64,000 bases of DNA from Xanthobacteraceae bacterium (GCA_036562835.1 DATCJI010000356.1:44-64043), one strand, 5' to 3'. Counted from the first letter of the stretch, positions 10,287-19,412 are shown. Numbers and translations: made by a program. Notes: generated by a model not told the origin, from the letters alone.

Positions 10287-11258
10287 ATGCGCGATACGCA
10301 TCATCTGCAGCATCGGCTTGAGCAGATCGTATTTCCGTCGGTGCGCCGGCGCCGACTCGAGACCCTGCAGGTCAATGTCGGCTACCGCTGCAACCAGTCC
10401 TGCATTCATTGTCACGTCAATGCGGGACCCAGACGCAAGGAGGAAATGTCGGCTGCGGTCGCCGACGAAGTGCTCGCTTTCCTGGCACGCAACCCCATTG
10501 CGACGCTCGACATCACCGGGGGTGCGCCCGAGCTTAATCCGCAATTTCGCCGAATGGTCGTGGCGGCACGGCAAATGCAAATTAAGGTGATGGACAGGTG
10601 CAACCTGACCATTCTTGAAGTTCCCGGCCAGGAAGATCTGGCCGGGTTTCTGGCGAACTCTCAGGTGGAGATCGTGGCCTCCATGCCGTGTTACCTGGAG
10701 AGCAATGTCGATCGGCAGCGCGGCACAGGCGTGTTCGAGAGCTCGATCCGCGGTCTCAAAAAGCTGAACGCGCTTGGCTACGCCCATGACCAAGCAGGGC
10801 TCGTCCTCAATCTCGTCTACAATCCCCAGGGAGTAGCATTACCGCCACCCCAGGCGAGCCTCGAGGCGAAGTACCGGCGCGTGCTGCGCGAGCGGTACGG
10901 GATCGTGTTCAACCGGCTCTATGCGCTGACCAATATGCCTATTCAGCGATTTGGCGCATTCCTGATCGCCAATGGTGAGCTGGATAAATATCTCGATGTG
11001 CTGCAGCACGCGCATGTCGCTGAGAACGTGAACAGTGTGATGTGCCGCGATCTGCTCTCGGTGGACTGGCAGGGCTATGTCTACGATTGCGACTTCAATC
11101 AAATGCTCGGGCTTCCATTGCTGGATGCGTTGGGCCGGCCCATCCGGCTTTCGGAGCTGGCTGCTGCCGAGTTGGAGGGCCGCTGCATTCGCGTCGCCGG
11201 ACACTGTTACGGCTGCACCGCGGGCCAGGGCTCGAGTTGCGGTGGCGCACTGAACTAA
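10287..11258 (+). CDS. arsS: radical SAM/Cys-rich domain protein (ArsS-like, TIGR04167-type)
   Basis: The CNQSCIHC (CxxxCxxC) cluster lies in LQVNVGYRCNQSCIHCHVNAGP. The C-terminal Cys-rich tail is CYGCTAGQGSSCGGAL. I prefer the ATG at 10287 over the alternative start at 10248. Confidence 0.8.
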   Translation: MRDTHHLQHRLEQIVFPSVRRRRLETLQVNVGYRCNQSCIHCHVNAGPRRKEEMSAAVADEVLAFLARNPIATLDITGGAPELNPQFRRMVVAARQMQIKVMDRCNLTILEVPGQEDLAGFLANSQVEIVASMPCYLESNVDRQRGTGVFESSIRGLKKLNALGYAHDQAGLVLNLVYNPQGVALPPPQASLEAKYRRVLRERYGIVFNRLYALTNMPIQRFGAFLIANGELDKYLDVLQHAHVAENVNSVMCRDLLSVDWQGYVYDCDFNQMLGLPLLDALGRPIRLSELAAAELEGRCIRVAGHCYGCTAGQGSSCGGALN

Positions 11259-11289
11259 TTCGGGAGAAGGACCGGGGCCGCATGCTCTA

Positions 11290-11973
11290 ATGTCCAGGCT
11301 CTCCATCGTCATTCCAGTACTGAACGAGGGCGAGCGCATCGCAACGGCGCTCGACGCACTCGCGGGCCTGCGCGCGCTTGGTGTTGAGGTGATCGTGGCC
11401 GATGGAGGAAGCGGCGATACTACCGTGCAACAGGCACGCCTGCGCGTTGACCGGCTGGTGTCAGCGCAGCGCAGCCGCGCGCTGCAGATGAATGCCGGCG
11501 CTGCGTGCGCGTCCGGTGACGTGCTTCTGTTTCTGCACGCCGATACGCAGCTGCCTGCCGACGCCCATCACGTGGTGCTCAACGGTCTCGAACGTTCGGG
11601 CCGACGCTGGGGCCGCTTCGATCTCAGCATAGATAGCCGGCATCCGGTTCTGCTTGTGGTTGCGTTGCTGATGCGTTGGCGCTCGCGGCTGAGCGGCATA
11701 GCCACGGGTGACCAGGCCATATTTGTCCGCCGAGACGCTTTTCACGCCGTCGGCGGCTTTCCCGAGCTGCCGCTGATGGAAGACATCGAGCTCTGCAAGC
11801 GCCTGAAAAGGCTCGGACGCCCCTTGTGCCTGCGCGAGCGCGTGGTCACTTCCGCGCGCCGTTGGGAAAAGAATGGAATATTGCCAACGATCGCGCTGAT
11901 GTGGCGGCTGCGCGTTGCCTATTTCTTCGGAGCCGATCCCAAGACGCTTGCACACCGTTACGGCTATGACTGA
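11290..11973 (+). CDS. family-2 glycosyltransferase, rSAM-associated (TIGR04283-type)
   Basis: MSRLSIVIPVLNEGERI N-terminus, a FLHADT (DxD-like) motif, and synteny with the rSAM gene. Confidence 0.8.
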   Translation: MSRLSIVIPVLNEGERIATALDALAGLRALGVEVIVADGGSGDTTVQQARLRVDRLVSAQRSRALQMNAGAACASGDVLLFLHADTQLPADAHHVVLNGLERSGRRWGRFDLSIDSRHPVLLVVALLMRWRSRLSGIATGDQAIFVRRDAFHAVGGFPELPLMEDIELCKRLKRLGRPLCLRERVVTSARRWEKNGILPTIALMWRLRVAYFFGADPKTLAHRYGYD

Positions 11974-12601
11974 GCCGGTCGCCATTGGCATCCTCGCCAA
12001 GGCACCCATTCCGGGTTTCGCCAAAACCCGGCTGATCCCGGCGCTCGGCACGGAGGGCACCGCGCTATTGCAGGCCCGCCTCATCGAGCGAGCGGTCGCA
12101 AGCGCGTGTGCAGCCGCAGTTGGACCTGTGACTTTATGGATCACCCCGCGCGAGGCTCAGGATGCGTTCTCACAATTGTGCATGCGGCACCCGATAAACA
12201 TCGCCTACCAGGTTCATGGCGATCTTGGAGCGCGCATGTATGCAGCGGCGGAGGCAGCAAAAGAATGCGTTCTGCTCATCGGCACGGATTGCCCGGCGCT
12301 CGAAGCGAGCCATCTCAAATCGGCGGCCACAATTCTGCGCAAGGGAACTGATGCAGTGCTCGTGCCCGCCGAAGACGGAGGTTACGTCCTTATCGGCATG
12401 CGATGTGCCCACCGCGCGCTGTTTTCTGGACTGCCGTGGGGCACGCCCCAAGTTCTCGACGCAACGAGACGGCGCCTCAAGGAGTCAGGGCTGAGCTGGG
12501 AGGAGCCGTTTGTCCTGTGGGATCTGGACACGTCCGCAGATCTCGCGCGCCTGCGCAAAGGACAGCTTGCTTCGCTTCTTCTGCCGGAATCGATTGGCTA
12601 A
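11966..12601 (+). CDS. DUF2064 nucleotidyl/glycosyl-transferase-like protein, rSAM-associated (TIGR04282-type)
   Basis: MTEPVAIGILAKAPIPGFAKTRL N-terminus. The ATG at 11966 overlaps the upstream stop (ATGACTGA), suggesting translational coupling. Confidence 0.8.
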   Translation: MTEPVAIGILAKAPIPGFAKTRLIPALGTEGTALLQARLIERAVASACAAAVGPVTLWITPREAQDAFSQLCMRHPINIAYQVHGDLGARMYAAAEAAKECVLLIGTDCPALEASHLKSAATILRKGTDAVLVPAEDGGYVLIGMRCAHRALFSGLPWGTPQVLDATRRRLKESGLSWEEPFVLWDLDTSADLARLRKGQLASLLLPESIG

Positions 12602-12706
12602 TCATTCTTTCGAAACCCGCAGCACATTGCGCCATGGTTTGTTTGCTGGATATACTTTCAGCATTCGTTCCGCGCCTGGTGGTTTGGTACCCCCTGGGTT
12701 AGCGGG

Positions 12707-12739
12707 GGCGTGGAGCAGGGCTCGTGCCAGCTCCACGCC
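12707..12739. terminator. stem-loop between convergent genes (ggcgtggagc-N13-gctccacgcc)
   Basis: 10-bp perfect stem read directly. It lies between the stop at 12601 (+) and the stop at 12772 (-). Confidence 0.35.
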
Positions 12740-12771
12740 ACTCTGCCTTCTCTCCATCGCCTCCCGTTCTC

Positions 12772-13872
12772 TCAGTCACCATATGTCGCCCCTGCCCAGA
12801 GGCTGGGCGCCGCACGCTCGTACTGCTTCGGGCGAACCACCTCCGCGCCGAGAACCTGGGCCGCCTGCCATCCCCAGTGTGGATTGTCGAGCATGGCGCG
12901 GGCGAGCGCGATCATGTCGGCGTGGCCCTCGGCAATGATTGTTTCCGCCTGTTTTGGTCTCGCGATGAGACCCACGACGCGCGTGGCCATCCCCGTTTCC
13001 TTTTTCACCTTTTTTGCAAATTCCACATTCATATTCGCGACCAGGCTGGGACGGGCATCGGTACTGATCCCGCCTGAGGAGATGCAAACGAAATCGACGC
13101 CGACATCCTTCAGAGCCTGGGCGAATGTCACGGCGTCCGCAGGCGTGAGTCCTGCTTCCTGCCAATCGTTACCCGTGATGCGCGCGCCCAATGGCATCCG
13201 TTTAGGCAAAGCCGCACGTACCGCAGTGGCGATCTCGAGCGGATAGCGCATGCGGGCGCTCATGGCGCCGCAGTAGGCGTCCTTACGCTTGTTAGAGATC
13301 GGCGAGAGGAAGCTGTGCAGCAAGTAGCCGTGCGCGCAGTGAAGCTCGACTGCATCGACGCCGGCACGTAGCGCGCGTTTTGCCGCAGCCACAAAGGCAT
13401 CGCGCACGCGTTCGAGATCGTCCGGCGACATTTCACGGGGCGCCGGCCAGCCTGGACCGAACGGAATGGCCGATGGCGCGATCGTCTCCCAGGAATCCTC
13501 GGCCGCCGCGAGGGGCTGGCCGCCCTCCCAAGGCCGACGCGCCGAGGCCTTGCGTCCCGCATGCGCGAGCTGAATGCCGATCTTTGCGCCGCTGTACCTG
13601 CGGCAATGCGCCAGCACGCGCGCGAGCGCCGCCTCATTGTCATCCGAATAAAGGCCGAGGCACCCATGCGTGATGCGCCCGCGCCGCTCGACGCCGGTTG
13701 CCTCGACCACGAGAAGGGACGCCCCGGAATTCGCGAGCGCGCCAAGGTGGGTGAGGTGCCAGTCCGTCGCACTGCCGTCGTCGGCGCTGTACTGACACAT
13801 CGGAGAGACGACGATGCGATTTGCAAGATCAAGCCCGGCGAGACGAATGGGCGAAAACAGCGCAGAAGCCAT
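12772..13872 (-). CDS. NADH:flavin oxidoreductase (Old Yellow Enzyme family)
   Basis: MASALFSPIRLAGLDLANRIVVSPMCQY...DWHLTHLG N-terminus, and HCAHGYLLHSFLSP with the active-site Tyr region. ATG at 13870-13872. Confidence 0.85.
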   Translation of the reverse strand: MASALFSPIRLAGLDLANRIVVSPMCQYSADDGSATDWHLTHLGALANSGASLLVVEATGVERRGRITHGCLGLYSDDNEAALARVLAHCRRYSGAKIGIQLAHAGRKASARRPWEGGQPLAAAEDSWETIAPSAIPFGPGWPAPREMSPDDLERVRDAFVAAAKRALRAGVDAVELHCAHGYLLHSFLSPISNKRKDAYCGAMSARMRYPLEIATAVRAALPKRMPLGARITGNDWQEAGLTPADAVTFAQALKDVGVDFVCISSGGISTDARPSLVANMNVEFAKKVKKETGMATRVVGLIARPKQAETIIAEGHADMIALARAMLDNPHWGWQAAQVLGAEVVRPKQYERAAPSLWAGATYGD

Positions 13873-13996
13873 TGTGAATCTCTCAATTGTCGGGATAAGA
13901 AAATAAGGAGTAGCCCGGATTGAGCGCGGGCGAAATCCAGGATCGTCTACCGCGAAGAACTCTCTCGGCTTGCGCGTCCGGTCAGACCCCGCGCAT

Positions 13997-14224
13997 TTAC
14001 GCCGCCGCGCGCCGATCCTCCTCGGGAGGCGTCGGAGCAATTTCGCTCCAGCGCGCGCTCATCGCCATGGCTTCGCGCATCCGCCGCAGAAACTCTTCTT
14101 CGGAAAAAGAACGCTTCCAGCGTCCTGTTTCGCAGAGCTCGACGAAATGTGCCAGGCGACGCTCGGCGAGCGCACGCCATTTGCGCGAGACTTCGTCAAG
14201 GTGCGCACAACGTGCTTGCGGCAT
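13997..14224 (-). CDS. small conserved-looking hypothetical protein (75 aa; possibly the TIGR03809-type partner of the Tat beta-helix protein)
   Basis: The ORF starts MPQARCAHLDEVSRKWRALAERRLAHFVELCETGRWKR... and is helical and Arg/Glu-rich. The family assignment is from memory only. Confidence 0.4.
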   Translation of the reverse strand: MPQARCAHLDEVSRKWRALAERRLAHFVELCETGRWKRSFSEEEFLRRMREAMAMSARWSEIAPTPPEEDRRAAA

Positions 14225-14400
14225 GGCAGCCCCCAACCCGATGGCGAATACCGAGTTGCGACTCGATCGTCGCGGCAGCATCACGCGCAGGCAACGCCAC
14301 AATGATCGGACGCACTGTCCGTGCCCGAAACACACACCGAATCAGTGGAGCGCAGGTTTTCGCTTTGCCATGGCAGAACGGCGACAGCACGCAAGGGGCG

Positions 14401-14441
14401 ATAAAAACTGACCCGCCCGGACGGGGAAATCCGGGCGGGTC
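14401..14441 (-). terminator. strong rho-independent terminator (minus strand)
   Basis: 12-bp perfect stem gacccgcccgga/tccgggcgggtc with an 8-nt loop. On the minus strand it is followed by AGTTTTTAT. Confidence 0.7.
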
Positions 14442-14760
14442 GCTTTGATCGGCGCAGGGGATCGGGGGGGCGTGAGCGCCGATCGGGGGCTGTAACTTGT
14501 GGCCTTGTCGGCTCGTTTGGCTATTAGTCGCGCCCTGCGTTGAAAAGGTTCAGTCAAGTTTCCCAGTCCGCCGAAAAAATGAAAAGCGGCCGGACCGGAC
14601 ATTCGCATTGGCATCATAAGCCGGCAAGCCGGTATCCCAGTAGCCGCTCTGGGGGCGCCAGCTCTGGTGGCCGAGGAGTAATGATCACCCGCATGGGCGG
14701 GCGATAACAGGCCAATGGTTTGCAGGGATGATTGAAAAATAACGACTTTTTGATTGACGC

Positions 14761-15429
14761 TCAGTTTGCCGCCGCAACGAAGCCGATGATTTTCGATTGC
14801 TCCTGCATGCTGCGGACGATCTTCGCTACTTCGGTGGAGGGAAGCTTCGTTTCGGCCAGGCGGAGCCGATACAGAGAGCCTCCGGCACTGAGCGGACCTT
14901 CAACAAGGCTTGCCCTGTACGAGCCCAGGAAATTGGTGATCTCCGCGGCGGTTGCCTGCGGGGTAAAGCGCACAAGCGCAAATGAGCCGTCCGAGCTAAC
15001 GCTCGCAAGCTTGGGGGCCGCACCATCTTCCTTCATCACAACCGTTGCAATCACTGCCGCCTGGACGAAAATTGCGGCCACGGCTGCTGTTGCTGCCCAT
15101 GCGAGCGTACGGGGCTGAAAGCCCGAAAGGAACTTTGTAATCCGATCTGTCAGGTCAATCCGAGGGCGCGGAGTGCGGGCCTCCTCAGCCTCGATGGCGG
15201 CGAATAGTTTTTCCATGCATCGCGTCGACGGCGCCCCAAGCGTTTCGTTGAGGTGCACCGTTTCAGCAAGTTCCTCGCGCACCAAGTCGTAGCGGCGGGC
15301 CAGTTCCCGGTCACGGGCGAGCGCCCGCTCGACGCGTTCAGCCTCGCGCTTGGTCAGCGTTCCAGTCGCATGCCAGGGCAGCAGGCACTCCAGCTCGTGG
15401 CGTTCGGGCTCGGTGTTCATCATGTCCAT
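14761..15429 (-). CDS. single-pass transmembrane anti-sigma-factor-like protein
   Basis: N-terminus MDMMNTEPERHELECLLPWHATGTLTKREAERVERAL matches the anti-sigma N-terminal pattern. It has a central TM helix LAWAATAAVAAIFVQAAVIATVV. No sigma-factor gene is adjacent. Confidence 0.55.
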   Translation of the reverse strand: MDMMNTEPERHELECLLPWHATGTLTKREAERVERALARDRELARRYDLVREELAETVHLNETLGAPSTRCMEKLFAAIEAEEARTPRPRIDLTDRITKFLSGFQPRTLAWAATAAVAAIFVQAAVIATVVMKEDGAAPKLASVSSDGSFALVRFTPQATAAEITNFLGSYRASLVEGPLSAGGSLYRLRLAETKLPSTEVAKIVRSMQEQSKIIGFVAAAN

Positions 15430-15708
15430 GGACAGTCCTTGTTGTTTTTGCCGCCCTGAGCAGGATGCACCCGACCTGTGCCTGACATCAGAAGACCCTT
15501 CCGAAAGGCGCGTAGGCGCCGCCCGGTGGAAGATGCAGGTTAGTCGCGCAGGTCCCCCCCTGGGTTCAGGGCTTTGCCACAATCGCAAAGCCGAGAACGC
15601 GGTATTGCATCACAGATAAAGGAGGCAGGAATTGGGGTGCCCCCTTCCATACTTGCTAAGCTTCTGAAGCAAAATGTTTTTTTGGCTAGGCTTCCGACCC
15701 GAAACTTC

Positions 15709-16512
15709 TCAGGTGCCGATGCGGAGGGGGGAATGCAGTTTTCGAAGGGCTGCAATGACGGAAAGGGCTGTAATACGGCCGGTCCTTGGGTTTTCGGAGG
15801 GCACATTCTCGATGGACAGGTGGAAATTCGCTGAGTCGCTCTGCACCTCGATCATATGGCAGTTTCGATCGATGGCGGGATCGGCCCAGATTTCGATGGT
15901 GGTGCGATCCGGGCCAATACCAGCAAGAGAGAGGGCGGCAGCCACGTTGACGTTGGCGGGAAATCCGGCGGCTGCCTCCCGGGCACTCCCGGAAAAGACG
16001 CGTTTGGCCTCATTCAACCCTTCCACCGAAATGTCATGGGCCAAAAGGTATGGTGCGCCCGCCAAGCCGTCCGGCGGCTTGCGGGTCACCATGCGCACCG
16101 ACTGAATGTGCCCTTCCGCAGCGGCTGTGACTGCATCAAGACCGAGCAGCGCGCCTGTGGGGACACTGATTTGTCCGCCGCGCTCTTTGGCCAGAGCGAT
16201 CAGCTCGGGCCGTGGCAACAGCGCTCCAGCCGACAAAACCATGACGGCTTTGCCGGCCTCCAGCATCGGCCGGCAAATATCCTCAAAGGCGTGGGCCGGG
16301 GCACATTCAACCACCAGATCGGCATTGAGGGGCAACTGCACTGTCTGGACGACCGGGCAGCGAATACCCTCGGTATCAAGCCAGCACCGCGCTTTGGTCC
16401 GATCGCCTACTGCGACACAGGCAAGCTCGAGGCCCGGGATGCCGTCGGCAAGCTTGCGCGCGAGCACGCGCCCAATCGCGCCCAGACCGGCTATTGCAAC
16501 CCGGGTCGCCAG
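15709..16512 (-). CDS. nadX: L-aspartate dehydrogenase (NadX family), probable CTG start
   Basis: Core motifs VECAPAHAFEDI...AGKAVMVLSAGALL. The Rossmann VAIAGLGAIGRVLA lies upstream of the first GTG (16467). The only upstream start-like codon is CTG at 16510-16512, 8 nt after GAGGAG (16521-16526), with an in-frame TGA just upstream. Confidence 0.7.
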   Translation of the reverse strand: MATRVAIAGLGAIGRVLARKLADGIPGLELACVAVGDRTKARCWLDTEGIRCPVVQTVQLPLNADLVVECAPAHAFEDICRPMLEAGKAVMVLSAGALLPRPELIALAKERGGQISVPTGALLGLDAVTAAAEGHIQSVRMVTRKPPDGLAGAPYLLAHDISVEGLNEAKRVFSGSAREAAAGFPANVNVAAALSLAGIGPDRTTIEIWADPAIDRNCHMIEVQSDSANFHLSIENVPSENPRTGRITALSVIAALRKLHSPLRIGT

Positions 16513-16610
16513 CGGCTCGACTCCTCAATGCATGGCCCGTACAGGAACTTCTACGCGGGGTCTGCACTCCTCTCAAGAAGCGGAAAGCGATCATACGGAG
16601 AGCAACATTG

Positions 16611-17585
16611 ATGTTTGCACGAAAGATTGCGGCTGCGCTTGCGCTGGTCGTTTTATTGAGCGGCATTGGAATGGCACAGGAGTTTCCGAACAAGCCGCTC
16701 ACCATGATCATCCCGTTCGCGGCGGGTGGCCCAACCGATGTGCTTGGAAGAGTCGTGGCGCAGCGAATGAGCGAAATTCTCGGCCAACAGGTGATTGTCG
16801 AGAACGTCGGCGGCGCGGGCGGGATGACCGGCTCCAAGCGTGTCGCCGATGCAGCACCCGACGGCTACACGTTTGTGCTCGGCACGGTCGGAACGCACGC
16901 ACAGGGCCAGACCCTTTACAAGAAGCCGCTCTACAACGCCGTGACCGACTTCACCCCGGTCGCCCTGTTGGCAGAAGTGCCCATCGTGCTGATTACGCGC
17001 AAGGATCTACCGGTGAGCAGCCTCGGCGAGTTCATCGCCTACGCGAAGGCCAACCAAGGCAAAATGCAGTTCGGGTCGGCCGGCGCCGGATCTGCGACCC
17101 ATCTTGGCTGTGTGCTCCTCAATCATGTGATCGGCGTTGACGTCACGCACGTGCCGTATCGCGGGACTGGACCGGCCATGGGTGATCTGCAAGGGGGCCG
17201 CATCGACTATCTGTGCGAGATCGTCACCACGGCAAAGCCGCAGATCGACGGGGGCACGGTGAAGGCGATTGCGATACTGACGAGGGAGCGATCGACAGCC
17301 CTGCCCAAAGTACCGACCGCGCTGGAACAGGGCACTGATGTCCAGGCCTATACCTGGAATGCCATCTTCCTGCCGAAGGATGCGCCGCCCCCGATCGTTG
17401 CAAAGCTCAACGGCGCGGCCATCGAAACGTTGAAAGCACCGGCCGTGCGCGAGCGGCTCGAAGGGATGGGCGCTCAGCTCGTCTCGGAAGATCGCGCCAG
17501 CCCGCAATATCTCGCCTCCTTTGTGAAGAACGAGATCGACAAATGGGCTGCGCCGATCAAGGCAAGCGGCGTCAGCGTGGAATAG
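16611..17585 (+). CDS. tripartite tricarboxylate transporter substrate-binding protein (Bug/TctC family)
   Basis: Signal peptide MFARKIAAALALVVLLSGIGMAQ, then PLTMIIPFAAGGPTDV...VENVGGAGG, the Bug hallmarks. No tctA or tctB is adjacent. Confidence 0.85.
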   Translation: MFARKIAAALALVVLLSGIGMAQEFPNKPLTMIIPFAAGGPTDVLGRVVAQRMSEILGQQVIVENVGGAGGMTGSKRVADAAPDGYTFVLGTVGTHAQGQTLYKKPLYNAVTDFTPVALLAEVPIVLITRKDLPVSSLGEFIAYAKANQGKMQFGSAGAGSATHLGCVLLNHVIGVDVTHVPYRGTGPAMGDLQGGRIDYLCEIVTTAKPQIDGGTVKAIAILTRERSTALPKVPTALEQGTDVQAYTWNAIFLPKDAPPPIVAKLNGAAIETLKAPAVRERLEGMGAQLVSEDRASPQYLASFVKNEIDKWAAPIKASGVSVE

Positions 17586-17590
17586 CCGCT

Positions 17591-17797
17591 CTACCCAAGC
17601 TCGATCTCGCCATCCACCTCGTGAGAGAGGCCGACTTTGTCAAGCGTTACCCGCGCCTTTGCGGAAAGGCGTTCATTTCCCTTGAGCCTGCCCTGCGATA
17701 ACGCCTCTCTTACCGCCTTCTCGATCTCGCGTTGCGCAGTGACACCGAGCACCTTGAGAAACTTTCGCACGCTGGTGTTCAGGGCATCTTCGTTCAT
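17591..17797 (-). CDS. small DUF6494-like protein (68 aa)
   Basis: MNEDALNTSVRKFLKVLGVTAQREIEKAVREAL... A GGAG Shine-Dalgarno lies 6 nt upstream of the ATG at 17797. Confidence 0.55.
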   Translation of the reverse strand: MNEDALNTSVRKFLKVLGVTAQREIEKAVREALSQGRLKGNERLSAKARVTLDKVGLSHEVDGEIELG

Positions 17798-17896
17798 GAT
17801 CGGCTCCAATCCATTGCATCCGAAGCGCTTTTGGCTTACGCGCATGAGCTTAACAAGCGCACAGGATAAAACCGCTTTCCGGGACGCCGTGAGCGC

Positions 17897-18427
17897 GTGA
17901 TGTCGGGCCAAGCACTCGAGGAAACGACGCTCTGGCGCTTTTCGCTCCTTCTCTACGCAAAACCGAATGTTGCGAATGCCTGCCTTGCGCTCCAGGATGA
18001 AGTGGGCGCCGATATCAATCTGTTGCTGTTCCTGCTCTGGGAAGCGACCCAGGGACGCCGGGTTTCACTGCAGGAGCTCGAGGACGTTGAGGCGCAGATT
18101 GTGTGTTGGCGTGACCGCGTAGTGGTGCCTTTACGCGCCGTACGGCGCTATTTGAAGGTCGCTCCTCCGCCCGGCGATCGTGAGCGGGTCGAAGTATTCC
18201 GTACCAGGATCAAATCGCTCGAGCTTGAAGCCGAACGGCTGCAGCAAGCCGCCATCTACGAGTGCGCACAGGCCTCTCTGCACAGCCACCAAGAATGCGC
18301 AGTGCAGGAAGCGGCGCGCGCGAATTTGCACGTCCATGCACAGCTTCTGGGCACCACGTTTCGGCCTGGAGCGGTGGAGACGCTGTTTGCAGCGCTCGCA
18401 GCATTCGAGCGCAATCGGGAGGAGTAA
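17897..18427 (+). CDS. TIGR02444-like conserved hypothetical protein
   Basis: LWRFSLLLYAKPNVANACLALQDEVGADINLLLFLLW matches my recollection of the family N-terminus. The start is GTG 17897 or ATG 17900. Confidence 0.6.
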   Translation: MMSGQALEETTLWRFSLLLYAKPNVANACLALQDEVGADINLLLFLLWEATQGRRVSLQELEDVEAQIVCWRDRVVVPLRAVRRYLKVAPPPGDRERVEVFRTRIKSLELEAERLQQAAIYECAQASLHSHQECAVQEAARANLHVHAQLLGTTFRPGAVETLFAALAAFERNREE

Positions 18428-18430
18428 GGA

Positions 18431-18810
18431 TGGACAAGGAGACCTACGATCGCGGGCTGGCCATGCGCCGAAAAGTGCTCGGCGAGGAATACGTGGACCG
18501 TGCACTCAAGAGCGCCGATGATTTCAACCGCGATTTTCAGCGCATCGTGACGCAGTATTGTTGGGGCGAGACGTGGGGCGACACCACGCTCACCCCGCGC
18601 GAACGCTCGATCCTCAACCTCGGCATGATTGCCGCGCTCGGCAAGATGGAGGAGTTTCAGACGCACGTGCGCGGCGCCTTGGGCAACGGCTTAAGCCAGA
18701 ACGAAATCCGGGCGGTACTTACGCAGATCGCAATCTACTGCGGCATCCCGGTCGGCGTTGATTGTTTCCGGCTGGCGAAGGCCGTGCTGAGCGAGGCAAA
18801 AAAGGGTTAG
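18431..18810 (+). CDS. carboxymuconolactone decarboxylase (CMD/AhpD-like) family protein
   Basis: MDKETYDRGLAMRRKVLG...YCWGETWGD..LTPRERSILNLGMIAALG...EIRAVLTQIAIYCGIPV. A GGAGGAG Shine-Dalgarno lies upstream. Confidence 0.8.
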
Positions 18811-18843
18811 CTGGGACGAAATACGCTTCGCTACGGCGGCGTC

Positions 18844-19050
18844 TCAGCGCTTCACCCGCACGCGCACCAATGCGGCTGTGCCGTCAAAACCGGCGCCGTC
18901 GTGCTTGGCGCGCCACTTGGGCCCAGGCCCGCGCATGTAGTGCAATTCCGGCCGATACGGATCGAAGACGATCCTGGCCAGGTTGTGCACAAGGTCGCTC
19001 AGGTGCGCCCTAATCGGCAGGCGGAACGCTGAAGGCCGCTCGATCTTCAT
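18844..19050 (-). CDS. small hypothetical protein (68 aa)
   Basis: MKIERPSAFRLPIRAHLSDLVHNLARIVFDPYRPELHYMRGPGPKW... A GGAGGGG Shine-Dalgarno lies immediately upstream of the ATG at 19050. Confidence 0.5.
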   Translation of the reverse strand: MKIERPSAFRLPIRAHLSDLVHNLARIVFDPYRPELHYMRGPGPKWRAKHDGAGFDGTAALVRVRVKR

Positions 19051-19412
19051 GAACCCCTCCGTGCTCTAGTCGCTCCGTTCGCCTTGCCCCCTACACGGCG
19101 CGGCGGCAAAGCAGTGCCTTGGGTCAGCCGCCATTGTCGAACCAAATTTGTTAAAATCCAGTACAAATTCGCCTGCGATTTCAAGTTTGTCGCGAACCGT
19201 TGCAAAAAAGCTACGCAAACGGTTAACAGCTGACTGGGCGAAAGCCACATACACTCGATGTGCCTCTCCCCAGCTTCCCGGGAGGGGGAAAGCGCGGCAC
19301 CTTGTGGCACCGTCAGGCGGTCGCTAAATCGGCTGCGAATTCCCCCGAAATGAGGGCTCGGCAATGCGCGAATTTGCGCGCCGCGAGCCGTTTCACGCAG
19401 GCAGCAGAACCT

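Noticed and set aside
10287-11258. Possible selenocysteine (in-frame TGA) in the rSAM/Cys-rich protein C-terminus
   Set aside because: The C-terminal motif is encoded entirely with Cys codons, and the ORF ends at a normal stop with no downstream in-frame extension resembling the family tail.
14342-14617. 91-aa ORF (minus) in the 14.4-14.76 kb spacer
   Set aside because: It reads through the strong terminator hairpin and has a low-complexity Pro/Arg/Ala composition, so it is unlikely to be translated.
16611-17585. Two orphan Bug/TctC binding proteins (also 41272..42297) as a novel transport system
   Set aside because: Orphan, multiplied Bug-family genes without tctAB are a well-known feature of many beta- and alphaproteobacteria, so this is not unusual in itself.
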